Origin: Octopus bimaculoides
Taxonomy: Eukaryota
Assembly (NCBI RefSeq): GCF_001194135.2
Contig: NC_068995.1
Coordinates: 13,565,624-13,629,623 of the forward strand
DNA length: 64,000 bases
Reading direction: 5' to 3'
In this document: in pieces, positions 51,584-63,838 of the stretch
Layout: the number at the start of each line of letters is the position of its first letter
How positions within the stretch are numbered: position 1 is the first letter of the stretch
The notes under the pieces: model-generated
The model's database searches: none
What the model saw: only the letters and a program-made list of their open reading frames with translations
What the model was told of the DNA's origin: nothing
Made by a program: the position numbers and the translations under genes

Positions 51584-51917
51584 GCTTCTTACCACACAGC
51601 CATGCCTGTATAAGGAAAATAATTCTAACAAAAACTCTAAGGACAAAATAGAATTTTTCAACCTAAAAATCAATTTCCAAACTGGTATTTCTGAATTTTC
51701 TATAAAGGTTTGTCAGACTGTCTCATAGTTCCAGCAGACAAAATGGAAAAGGTGTTGTCCCTAGAGAATGGCAAGAGAAATGCATTGGAACAACCACTCT
51801 GATTCACAAGGCTCACACAGTTGAGAGGCAGCTTTATACTAGGTGACAAAAAGTTAAAGTATGAGAGAAAGGGCTCAGATACTCCTGCAAGTGGGTGTAG
51901 CTGGAGTGGGACATTCA

Positions 51918-52133
51918 CGCTTTAGCATTTAAACCAGCCATATCCAGCCAAAGCGTTCTACCTGCTTTATGTAAAACTGACTAGATCAAGTCTTTCCCAC
52001 CTACCCTACAATGTCATTCTAAGAATAAAACAATTGCATCATTGAAATCTTGAAGCTATGGGATAATGCATGATTAATTAAAAACAATGAGAGTAAATAT
52101 TAAATTGGACAGAGTAATCTGAATGCTAAAGGG
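51918..52133. mobile_element. piggyBac-type MITE, second family (CCCTTTAGCATT ends)
   Basis: Ends gaatgctaaaggg-TTAA with inverted cgctttagcattt at the left. Diverged relatives at about 10322-10535, 17112-17340 and 44008-44211. Confidence 0.7.
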
Positions 52134-52330
52134 TTAAGATGATGGTTATGAAGCGTCAGGATAAGCCACGAGGACAGAAGAACAGGGAAGTTGCAAGAGT
52201 ATACAGGGAGAGTGAGGGATCATAGGCGACGGAATAGGGGCAAAGTATAAGCATACTAAATAAAGAAGAATAATCTCTCTCTCTCTTTTTTTTTTTTTTG
52301 TTATTCAAATTTTCACTTTTCTTTTTGCAG

Positions 52331-52414
52331 TTATTTCATCATACTACATCACCAACATCAACATTCTTACCAAATCCAATTGGAAAAATCTTTAACAGAT
52401 CTCTTCAAATGTAG
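52331..52414 (+). CDS. ATG101: ATG101 terminal coding exon 8
   Basis: Long polypyrimidine tract and ttgcAG acceptor. LFHHTTSPTSTFLPNPIGKIFNRSLQM then TAG. The eight exons sum to 657 nt = 218 aa plus stop, the expected ATG101 length; this exon is the least conserved in sequence. Confidence 0.8.
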   Translation, partial: LFHHTTSPTSTFLPNPIGKIFNRSLQM

Positions 52415-55252
52415 TGTTTGAAGTATTTCCAGCATAGAACTTCTGATGACAATTGTTCACATGAATATTGTCTTGTAATTATTCTCTTTTGAATTAAGTT
52501 CATTTATATATTTTCATATTTTATTTTCAGTCTTATATACAATAAACTTTGCTCATGAAAAAAACAATCTTCTTTGAGTTTCTTATGTGAATATTTAGCA
52601 AGATTTTTTTTTTTCATTTTTATATTTTTTAAAGGTTTAGTATGAGGAGTAATAGCAATTGCTTGTAATCTTTGCAGAGCCTTTGAGATTAGTGAGGGTG
52701 AAGAAGAAAGGAATCCTTTCAGTTAGTCACAGATTTGGAAATTTTAAAATTAAGTGAAAAGTGGAACAATTATTCAGTCATGAAGTGGAAGTCTGAGTAA
52801 TCTATTGATTACATGATGTTACTTTCATTCCAGTTTGACAAAGTGAAAGTTGTATCTGATACTCAAAGATAAGCTAAGTCTGAAGAAGCTTAGCATTTAC
52901 TATGATAATGCACTTGTGTTTTTCTCTGTCACAACATATGAATGAGAAAGGAAGGGGTGATGGTAAACTTGGTAGTGGGATGATGGAAGTTCTACAGAGA
53001 AAAAAAAAAAAATCAAATAGCGTTTCAACTCTGCATAAGTATATGTGTGTATATATAAAAAGGAGTCATGTGAATGTTTGTGTGTGTGTGTGCAATGAAA
53101 GTGGGATGGTGAACATTCAACCCTGAAAAGAAAAATCAAACAGCGTTTCAACTCTGAGTATATGTGTACATGTACAAGGGAAGTATGTGAATGTTTGTAT
53201 CAGCATTATGTACCCTATTTATATATAAAATACTACAATTAGCTGTCATTTTTGACGGCACAGGGCCAGCTGATTTTTTAAAATAAAACTTAATTATTCT
53301 TAAACTATTCCCAGTTATACATTGAGAAAGTAATCAAAGTATAAGATATTTTTAAAACCTGGTTAATTGATCTGCAATTAGGTGAGAGATATAAAATATG
53401 ATAGTAATAAAGCATTTTGTAAATTGTGTAATGTTTAAATATGAGATTACAAAACTGGTTTAATTATGATTTCAGATTTTGGCACTAGGCCAGCAATTTT
53501 AGGAGGAAGGAGTTAATCAATTACATGAGCCCCAGTGCTCAACTGATACTTATTTTATTGATTCCAAAAGGATAAATGCAGAGTCAATCTCAGTGAGATT
53601 TGAATTCATCATCATTATTGTAAGATGTAAGAAATAATAATTTCTTGAAGTATGTGTTAATCCCCATGTGGATACATGGAGTAAATAAAATCATAACATA
53701 AACAATTAAATATAAGAAATAATAATTTTTTAAAGTATGTATTAATCCACATGTACCCAGATTTTGTGGGCACCCTGTATAAAGTATTTAACTCAAATTC
53801 ATATAGCTGTATATGAAAATTACAACAGTTAACTTCATTTGTAGCTTGTCATGCAAATATCCATAGCATCAATCATTTCTAAAAGGGAATTCTGTCATCA
53901 TCAATTGCTGCTGATTTGAGACTGCTTATAACAGCATGCATTGTACTTATAAAAAAATGCTATCGCTCCATCTTAGCTGAAAGAACAAATTGAAGACAAG
54001 TAATAGTTCTCTTTGATTTTGGATGAATCAAATGATATTGCTTGTAAAAAGCATATTTTGTGTGTATGTGTGTATTATATATTGCCCCCCCCCAAAAAAA
54101 ACAAAAAAAAACCTTGACAGAATAAAACTGTTAGTTTTTTGTGGTTTAATTCCTGTACTAAAACCACTCTAAAGTATTGAATGAAATTGTAAAAAATTCT
54201 TTAAGTGATTTTGGAATTAATAATAAATATAAATCAATATTAAAAATAGTCTTGCCACAGCAAATGATGGAGCCTAAGGCTTTTGTGGAATTATTAACTT
54301 TCTCATGAATTTCAGGTTCTTTTATTCTAGTACAATAATCTTTAGATGTTTAAAACAGATATCTGAAGAAATTTTCTCGAAAAAAATATTTTTTGAAGTC
54401 ATTGGAAGTGGAAGGCCCATTTTTTTTCTTTCAGTTCTCCTGCAAAATTTTCATTCTGAGCTACTTTCTGATATAGTCCATAACTTTAAACATTTTTTTA
54501 TCTACTTTGTCCTGAGTGATCTTGTTAACACAGCCATTACCTGCACTTGTTTTATGTTTTATGCAAGATCTGTAGAGTAACTAGTAGTAACATCAATGGT
54601 GGATGAGTTGAATGAGAGAAAAGAGTGCAAACATAAACCAAGAATGTTTTTGCCGATGATGAAAGTGTTAGATCAAAGAACAAGCACTGTAGTCATATTA
54701 AATACCATGCAAGCCAATTCTGTGATAGAGCTTCAAAATTTCAGTTGAGGAAATTTATTTCACTTTCTCTTTGTATCTATCAGGTTAATAACCACACTGA
54801 CATGACTGTATTACAACACTATATAAAGAAGTAAAAGCTTCCACTGATAATCCTACAAGGTTTACAAGAAGTTCTCATGTTCAAAGACAATTAATCAATA
54901 ACCATCTGGAAATGGATAATGTTTCAGTTTTTGTGTTATCAAATGTTTAGTGCAGTGCCTCACAAACTTTTTTAACAACAGCTCCTTTTCCTTTACACTT
55001 TTTCAGCCTCATGTTTACTATGATCCAACACTCTCTCTTCCCATTGTAATATAGAAACATGTAATACCAGGCCAGAATAATTTACTTCCACGTACTAGTT
55101 TGATATGAGTGACTATTTACCATAGCACCACCATACTATAAGTGAACATTAAGTATAGGTTAGTATATGATGGTGTTATAGTTCTTGTCATTATTGTGAT
55201 TGTGGCTAAGGTTTCAATTGATTTCAAAAATAAGGAAGAATATAGTAAAATA

Positions 55253-55520
55253 GTAGAGGCACATGGCATAGTGGTTAGAGCAGTGGACTCGCAGTCAAGG
55301 GATCATAGGTTCGAATCTCAGACTGGGCGATGTGTGTGTTTATGAGCGAAACACCTAAGCTCCATGCGGCTCTGGTAGAAGCAAATGGCTGACTCTTTCA
55401 CAACTTTCTCTCACTCTTCCTGCATCTAGCAGCTCACTTGTGACGAACCAGTGTCCCGTCCAGGTGGAGAACCTATATGCCAATGAAACCAGGCCCTTAT
55501 GAGCCAGGCATGGCTCGAGA
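55253..55520 (+). mobile_element. tRNA-derived SINE
   Basis: Head gtagaggcacatggcatagtggttagagcagtggactc...ggttcgaatctc followed by non-tRNA body gagcgaaacacctaagctcc shared with the 35966 copy. Confidence 0.7.
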
Positions 55521-56149
55521 ATGGTTCAGCTGAATGTAAAAAGAAGCACTTTGCTCCCCAGTTTGAGAATTGAACCCATGACCTAACAATGATCAAACCC
55601 AACTCCCTAATCACATGCCTTCACTACTGTTAATGTACTATCTTGTTTATTACGGATAGAATATGTATGAAGTGATTCAACTTGTTTCCAAGTTATAGTT
55701 GTACCTTAAAAGGAAAAGCTTGTTTACAATGAAAAATATGATGAAAGATTTGTTAATAGATGAAAGATGAAACCACAAAGTATTTTAGGAAGGTTTTTTT
55801 TGCTTGAAACATCAAACTGTTTCTCTTTGTAATGGCAAATTTATTTATTCTCACTAATTGCGACTTTGACCTTCTCGTTTTATTTTTGGCTACTTTCTGA
55901 CTTAAGCCACTACTTCAAAAAATAAAAAAAGAAGAGACGGGGACAAATGTTAATTGGTCATAATAAGAGTATGAATATTACATCATCAATATGTACTTGA
56001 ACTGACTTAGGATTAATGTCACAAGACAAGCATTACTTCTGAAACACACCTCTTTGTTTCAATCGATTCTAAAAAATAATGAAGAATATCTTATAATAAA
56101 TCTGCTTGTCATTCCATTACTTAGCCCATTGGTAATGCTGTCATGTGAT

Positions 56150-56462
56150 TAGAGAGAAATAGGGAGAGAGAGAGAGAGAGAGAAGCGTCCATGACATGAG
56201 GTAGAGGGAATGTAATTGTAATGCTTTCACATGATTAGTTGAAGAGAAAAGAGGAGAAAGAAAAAGGAGAGAGAAAAGGAGGATAAGGCAAAGAGTTGGA
56301 CAGAAAGAGGGAGAGAGAGAAACGTCCATGATGTGAGGTAGAGGGAATGTAATTGTAACACTTTCACATGATTAGTTGAAGGGAAAGAGAAGAGCAAGAA
56401 AAAGGAGAGAGAAAAAGAGGATAAAGCAACGAGGAAGAAAGAAGCGTCCATGATGTGAGGTG
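56150..56462. repeat. Purine-rich minisatellite (about 120-140 bp unit, 2.5 copies)
   Basis: cgtccatga.gtgaggt anchors at 56186, 56323 and 56445. Confidence 0.88.
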
Positions 56463-58183
56463 GGGGGGGAACATAATACTTATGTGGTTAAAAAAGTTAG
56501 TTGAAAGTAGTGATGATATAGAGGAGGATGGTTAAAAGTATAATTTTAGCAGAGGGTTCTGATGGTGAAGTTAAAGAAAAACAGAGCGAAAGAGAGAGAG
56601 ATGATGGTGGTGGAGATGGGGGTGGGGTAATTGTATGGTGTAAAGTTTTTCTTTTTAATTGAAGTTTTATATATCATCTATCACTTAATGCATGCATATA
56701 AGTGCAATTCCATGAAATATTCACACTTATTTACATGGCAGATATATGAAATCTAACTAAATGTTGTATCACAGGACTTGTTTTTTGTTGTTTATGGGGG
56801 AAAATGGAAAAATAAGAGTGACTATTTATTTTATGAGTGCTGTGTATTAAGTCTATAAAACTGTGCCTAAAGTATATAAAGTATATATACAAAGTGCATT
56901 AAGTAATCATCGTATTCCAATTTCCTTCACTTTTCAATGAATAGCAGATGAGCGACTATCTTTCCATACAGACACAACACAGGTTATGCTTTCAGGTTTT
57001 TTGGATAAAGTTTCCAGAAATAACTCAATAGGTTTACCATTAATTCCATGAAATATTCATGGGTCCTGCTGCTGAGACCCCCTTCGGTCATGACTGACCA
57101 TGGGATTGCACCTAGAAAGTTACCCTCCAAGGCACAAGTCCAGGCAAGGTTGTTTATGGAAGACCAGCAGTCGCCCATGAAGGCCAGGCATTTGGAAGGA
57201 CATTCAGTCGTAGAAACCAAGCTAAAACAGCTCTCTACTTTACCTGTCAAGAAATATTGATACCTTGAAAAGAAGGACAGGAACTGATCACTGGCATCTT
57301 AATGGTGTCTTGAAGTGAAGGGTGACCAAGCCACAATTTTGTCTCAATTGGGAAATGAAAAAAAAAAAAAAAAAANNNNNNNNNNNNNNNNNNNNNNNNN
57401 NNNNNNNNNNNNNNNNNNNNNNNNNNNNNNNNNNNNNNNNNNNNNNNNNNNNNNNNNNNNNNNNNNNNNNNNNNNNNNNNNNNNNNNNNNNNNNNNNNNN
57501 NNNNNNNNNNNNNNNNNNNNNNNNNNNNNNNNNNNNNNNNNNNNNNNNNNNNNNNNNNNNNNNNNNNNNNNNNNNNNNNNNNNNNNNNNNNNNNNNNNNN
57601 NNNNNNNNNNNNNNNNNNNNNNNNNNNNNNNNNNNNNNNNNNNNNNNNNNNNNNNNNNNNNNNNNNNNNNNNNNNNNNNNNNNNNNNNNNNNNNNNNNNN
57701 NNNNNNNNNNNNNNNNNNNNNNNNNNNNNNNNNNNNNNNNNNNNNNNNNNNNNNNNNNNNNNNNNNNNNNNNNNNNNNNNNNNNNNNNNNNNNNNNNNNN
57801 NNNNNNNNNNNNNNNNNNNNNNNNNNNNNNNNNNNNNNNNNNNNNNNNNNNNNNNNNNNNNNNNNNNNNNNNNNNNNNNNNNNNNNNNNNNNNNNNNNNN
57901 NNNNNNNNNNNNNNNNNNNNNNNNNNNNNNNNNNNNNNNNNNNNNNNNNNNNNNNNNNNNNNNNNNNNGGGCTGGTATGATAAAACACATGAAAAAAATT
58001 TAAGGTTTCTTCTTATTGGTTTGAAATGTGGCATTCTAAAAAATTTGGAAAAATCCTGAAGAACCCCCCACCCCCCAGAAAACAGAAATTCTGACTAATG
58101 TGGAACATACATTAGAATTTTTGGAGACATTTGTGCAATCCAATACGCACCTTTTGTTTTGTACCAGAGGTCATTGTTTCTCA

Positions 58184-58219
<36 letters not shown>

Positions 58220-58231
58220 GGTGAAGCAGAC

Positions 58232-58452
58232 TACGAGGGGTTGCTGAAAAGTCCCTGGCTATAAGGGTATCACGAAAGGTCTGGTTAGAGGCCCAATCTT
58301 CTGAGTTCTTTTACAGGCCTTAGAAAAACTGAAGGACAGCTGCAATAAGTGTATGAATCTGGAACGGGAATACTGAATAAAATCATAATTAACTGATCTT
58401 CCTGTATTTTCTTTTACCCAGAGCCAGGAGCTTTTCAGCACCCACCTCCGTA
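58232..58452 (+). mobile_element. Mariner-derived MITE
   Basis: TA-flanked TIRs TACGAGGGGTTGCTGAAAAGT / GCTTTTCAGCACCCACCTCCGTA; interior keeps a transposase C-terminal remnant LEKLKDSCNKCMNLEREY. Confidence 0.8.
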
Positions 58453-59463
58453 TACCTTGGTTTGTTACAATGGAAATAGGCACCAATATGTCTTTGGCTT
58501 TCANNNNNNNNNNNNNNNNNNNNNNNNNNNNNNNNNNNNNNNNNNNNNNNNNNNNNNNNNNNNNNNNNNNNNNNNNNNNNNNNNNNNNNNNNNNNNNNNN
58601 NNNNNNNNNNNNNNNNNNNNNNNNNNNNNNNNNNNNNNNNNNNNNNNNNNNNNNNNNNNNNNNNNNNNNNNNNNNNNNNNNNNNNNNNNNNNNNNNNNNN
58701 NNNNNNNNNNNNNNNNNNNNNNNNNNNNNNNNNNNNNNNNNNNNNNNNNNNNNNNNNNNNNNNNNNNNNNNNNNNNNNNNNNNNNNNNNNNNNNNNNNNN
58801 NNNNNNNNNNNNNNNNNNNNNNNNNNNNNNNNNNNNNNNNNNNNNNNNNNNNNNNNNNNNNNNNNNNNNNNNNNNNNNNNNNNNNNNNNNNNNNNNNNNN
58901 NNNNNNNNNNNNNNNNNNNNNNNNNNNNNNNNNNNNNNNNNNNNNNNNNNNNNNNNNNNNNNNNNNNNNNNNNNNNNNNNNNNNNNNNNNNNNNNNNNNN
59001 NNNNNNNNNNNNNNNNNNNNNNNNNNNNNNNNNNNNNNNNNNNNNNNNNNNNNNNNNNNNNNNNNNNNNNNNNNNNNNNNNNNNNNNNNNNNNNNNNNNN
59101 NNNNNNNNNNNNNNNNNNNNNNNNNNNNNNNNNNNNNNNNNNNNNNNNNNNNNNNNNNNNNNNNNNNNNNNNNNNNNNNNNNNNNNNNNNNNNNNNNNNN
59201 NNNNNNNNNNNNNNNNNNNNNNNNNNNNNNNNNNNNNNNNNNNNNNNNNNNNNNNNNNNNNNNNNNNNNNNNNNNNNNNNNNNNNNNNNNNNNNNNNNNN
59301 NNNNNNNNNNNNNNNNNNNNNNNNNNNNNNNNNNNNNNNNNNNNNNNNNNNNNNNNNNNNNNNNNNNNNNNNNNNNNNNNNNNNNNNNNNNNNNNNNNNN
59401 NNNNNNNNNNNCCAAGCAGGCTATTTACATGCTAGAAAAAACAGCCAAATCTCACAAAACTAG

Positions 59464-59540
59464 TGTTAGGGTTAGGTTTAGGGTTAGGGTCAGGGTTAGG
59501 GTTAGGGTCAGGGTTAGGGTTTGAGTTAGGGTTAGGTTTA
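59464..59540 (+). repeat. Interstitial TTAGGG/TCAGGG repeat tract
   Basis: gttagggttaggtttagggttagggtcagggttagggttagggtcagggttagggtttgagttagggttagg seen directly. Confidence 0.9.
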
Positions 59541-62391
59541 CCCTGTGGATCTATATAAAACCGGGGGGGAGGGGATCGAAATTTTGAAATTGAGATTTTT
59601 GAAAATTTTCAGAATCGGAATCTCCATAGCCTAAAACGTGGGATTCCGTAAAAAAAACAAAATTTAAAAGGGGGGGTATACCCAGATTACATATACTCCA
59701 TCTCCACCGTTCATCGTATTAATACTAATATCCCATACAACATAATTCCTTTCAATCGGTTCATCGCTGTTGATGACGATCATAATTATCATGAGTGCTT
59801 GTTGCAGTGTAACAAGTTCAGCCATTTCTTCTACATATAAACAATTTCAAAATAAACTTTCAGCTTTATTTAAAGTAAATCATTCTCTCACTTACATTCC
59901 ATCGTCGAGTTAGAATTGAGTACAAATGAAAATTCATCATTTTACTTTCATATTATTGAGAAAGCGGAACTTCAGAAGCTGACAGAGATCGTAATTTGCT
60001 GGAAATTCGACAGAGACAAAAATTTAAAATGAGAAAATGTATTTTCGTTTGAAGTGAATCAAAAGTGATACAAACCTAAAGTAACAGAATGATAATTGTA
60101 AAATCAAACCACTTGTTATCACCGGACAAAATACTTAACAACATTTATTCCGGCTCTGTACATTTCAACTTCAAATTCCCCTATGGTCAACTTCGCCTTT
60201 CGGAGTCACCAGTTGAGCACTGGGGATGATGTAATCGATTTCACCCACCTCTCAAAATTGCTGATCTTGTGTCAAAAATTAAAAAGGAATTGTAAAATGA
60301 AATTCCGTCGACTTCAGTGATGTTCAACTCAAAATGAAACATCCCACAGTTCACTGAAACATTCAATTGTGAAAGAGATTTTGTGTCTTTCTGATAAAAA
60401 CAGTTTGCTGCATTCCTATAGAACATAGTCGGAAATTATCTAGTGGTCCCCTGCCACCAAACCGTAAAATTTCGGACATGTGTTTTATATATCGTAGATT
60501 ACGATTCTGAAATAAATAAATTTATAGATTGGCAGTTAAACCTCTGATCTCTCTCCTTCCCAATTTCTATCTTGGCTGCGATGTATTTCTGTCATTCGTT
60601 TATTGGATTTCAACATTTAGTACCCATGTTACCATTTTCTGTCAATTTCTGGATTATAAAAATAAAAGAAATAAGAAATAAGTCTGCACTGAAACGATTT
60701 TACGAATCGATCTAGATTTGGCAGAAAACCAGGTATCCAGTTTCACTCTTATTTTTATGTTGATTTATTGCAATTTATTCAATATGAAATTAGTTTTATT
60801 AAGAATAAATGCTTTGTATTACATCATCTCAGAGATACCGCCTGAAATAGAATTTTCTTGCTTATTTTTCAAAATGAAAAGTAAGCAGTTCAATAGACTG
60901 AGCAGATCTTTTATCTTTTACTCGTTTCAATCAATAGTCTGCGGTCATGCTGGGGCACCACCTTGAAAGATTTAGTCAAGGAAATCGACCTCGGTATTTT
61001 TTGAAAGTCTAGTACGATTTAGCTTCTATTTCTTGATACTAGCAAACCGAACGACTTGTAGAATTTCTCTTCATACATTGCAGAACGGACCCAAGGGGAG
61101 GAGGGGCTGAGGAGCACGTCTCCCTTCAAGAAAAGAAATGCGCCCTTCTAAATAATGTTATCACGCCCTTTTCTCCTGGAATTGTATTCCCTTCTGACCT
61201 TGCGCCCTCCCTTCGAAAAATTCCTGAGAGAACGCCTGCATTGTAGAGCAAATGAATAGTTATTTTAAGGTCAACTGGCAGTTAGGGTCATCTTAACAGT
61301 ATTATAGAACCTTAGGCAAATCAATGCACTGGGACCAATAGTTTTAATTTGTCTGCAAGCCACAGCACACATAGATTAGAGTTGGGCGCCGAGGCCCGAG
61401 AGGCTCTTGAGCTGCTCAATGTGCCCATACCTTAAGACAGTAGTGTGTGCAATGCCTGATGATAAACTTAAAACCATAAGCTATATTAACTTTGGAGGAT
61501 CTTTGCTATATATGTATGCATATGTTATAACCTGTTGAGAATTTAGCGATCTATTTTTTACTGAGTTCTTAGTTACCGTAGATAATAGTTTTCGATGTTT
61601 ATACATCAATTTTCTCTATATAGATAGATGCCTTTTAAATTATTCTGAAAGTAATGGTCAAAACTAAACATTTACGGCAAGAGATGAACGGATCAAATAA
61701 TGGGGAATTTTCTTTTTGTGTTTATTCTTAATACAGAATTATAATCTTAGATGTTAAAGCATAAATTTGAAAAAATATTTTCAAAAAAAAAATCTACAAA
61801 AAAAGAAAAGAAAACATGAAAGTGAAGATTAGTTGGGAAGGGACAAAAAAAAAAAAGTTCAAATTTTGAAAAATAAAAAACTTTGCGGCATCGTCATCTC
61901 CAAAATTGAAAACGTACAAAGAATAAACAGAGAGAGAGTGAGATAGAGAAAGAAAGAAAACGAGTGAAAGAGAGAGTGAGAGTGAGTGAGAGAGAGAGTG
62001 AGTGACAGAGAGAGAGTGAGTGAGTGAGTGAGATTACGTTCTTGACGAACTCAAGTAATTTCCGTCTTTGCTATATATCATTACGTTGCTTTTGGATTAC
62101 TCTTGAGACGTAGTCTTCGGAAAATAGTTTGGTGAGTATTTTTTTTCACTGAAAAATTTTCACACACCACTTATTTAATATATTTTCGACCAAATGTTAT
62201 TCAAGAATATTTTCTTTCATTCTAAAATGAATCATTTCGTTTTACCCGCTAAAAAAAAAACAAAAACACTGGGTTTTACTATGACATGGTTTCAAACAAG
62301 CCATTGGCCATATATAAACATCTGAAACTAGCGAAAATATTTCGACATTTAATAATTTCAGTGGTCTTCTTGATTTCATGGTGCTCTGGAG

Positions 62392-62670
62392 CAGGAGTTT
62401 TCAAACTGTCGTCCGCGGACCACAGGTCGTCCGCAAGGACAAGACAGGGGGTCCGTAGACAGCAAATACTTTTTATGAGCAATTTGATTTTAAATATGTT
62501 TTTTAATCGAAATCTTTTAATTGACAATAAACCTATTTGTTAAATACTGTTAAATAAATAAATGTAAAAATATATGTTATTTTAAGCAAATATTTATGTA
62601 TAAATTTCATAAGCGTTTATAAGCCTGAAATATAAAGGGGTCCGCAAGTCAAAAAGTTTGAAAACCCCTT
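62392..62670. mobile_element. hAT-type MITE, copy 2 of the 30593 family
   Basis: Same internal sequence (gtccgcggaccacag...gcctgaaatataaaggggtccgc); perfect 8-bp TSD CTCTGGAG. Confidence 0.9.
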
Positions 62671-63140
62671 CTCTGGAGATCAAACAAGATATTTCTCGGG
62701 TATTTCATACCTTTAATTTTTTCGAACAGAGATGTGTTATTAATTTTCTTTTATTCTTTCTCCTCCATTTTCTTGTTCTTGTTTGTAAATTATGTTCTTT
62801 TTTTTTTTTACTGAATTATTGCAAATGAAATTATTTTGATAAATAATGGAGAAAATATATGATTCATTGAGTTAATTATATTTTAAAATTTTTGTAAAAA
62901 AAAGTTTGTAGAAAACCTTGTTTTATTAATCTCATTGAAAATATAGCAAAAATATGTGAATACCTACACAAGTGACCCTCCCATCGACTTTGTTTCTTGT
63001 TTAACAACACCACCCGAAAAATATTTGTTGAAAATTTTATTAAAAGACAATATCTATTATTTCTGAAAGTTTGTGAGGAACCAAAATCGGGTGGGGGTGC
63101 ACGCTTAAGGATGTATGTAAGAATATGAGCAATATGTTTT

Positions 63141-63348
63141 GGTAAATTTTCAGATTAACACCCGTACGATTTTTACTAGGGTGTTAGGGTCATGGTTGGG
63201 GTTAGGGTTAGGGACAGAATTCCCTAACCCTAACTCTGAAACCCTAACCGTAACCCTAAAACTAACCCTAAAACCCTAACCCTGACCCTAAAATCCTAAC
63301 CCTAACATTCTAGTGAAAATCGTGCGGGTGTTAATCTAAAAATTTACC
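63141..63348. mobile_element. Palindromic MITE containing head-to-head telomeric repeats
   Basis: About 50-bp TIRs (GGTAAATTTT.AGATTAACACCCG.ACGATTTT.ACTAG..TGTTAGGG); TTAGGG-like repeats then CCCTAA-like repeats inside; TGTTTT on both flanks. Confidence 0.75.
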
Positions 63349-63556
63349 TGTTTTTTCCAAGACACTTAAACATTAGTATAAGTTTCTTAAATCTTTAAAT
63401 TATATTTTCTAAAACCCTAAATAATATTTTATAAAGCTTAAGTTGTTTCTGAAGTCTGATCGTATTTTTAAAAATCCATGGCACAGCTACTCCAGATATG
63501 CTTGTAGTACGCCACCTTGTAGTACACCACTGTTCTAGCGATATATAGTTTTCTGA

Positions 63557-63838
63557 CTAGAAGTTCTTTTCCAGTTCTCGAGTGGTTTTACGTGGATCTT
63601 TTTCAATGACAGTCTTAAATTTACCGTCATCAATGACAGATAGGTGTCCACTACGCTCATGATCTTCAAGGCTCAGGTCTCCACTGCAAAATCGTTTAAA
63701 CCATTTTTGAGCTGACCACTCACTGGTTATTTCCTCACCAAACAATTTGTTGATATCGCGAGCAGTTTTAGCTGCTTTACGTCCTTTATTGAAGTTGAAT
63801 AGCAAAATTGCTTGAATATCGTGCTTTGACAGTTCCAT
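63557..63838 (-). mobile_element. Mariner (Hsmar/SETMAR-like) transposase N-terminal fragment
   Basis: MELSKHDIQAILLFNFNKGRKAAKTARDINKLFGEEITSEWSAQKWFKRFCSGDLSLEDHERSGHLSVIDD...EKDPRKTTREL; HTH domains only, truncated before the DDD catalytic domain. Confidence 0.9.

Noticed and set aside
53880-53985. Minus-strand terminal exon behind a good acceptor (ttcaatttgttctttcAG)
   Set aside because: All frames stop within about ten codons and no upstream partner exon was found.
55253-55330. tRNA gene (also heads at 48624, 36302, 32608 and 1124)
   Set aside because: A and B boxes are present but there is no closed acceptor stem, and each runs into a shared SINE body.
63181-63310. Ancestral telomere-telomere chromosome fusion site
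   Set aside because: The tract is short, degenerate and enclosed by unique TIRs with a flanking direct repeat, and related tracts occur elsewhere in the window; a mobile element explains it better.
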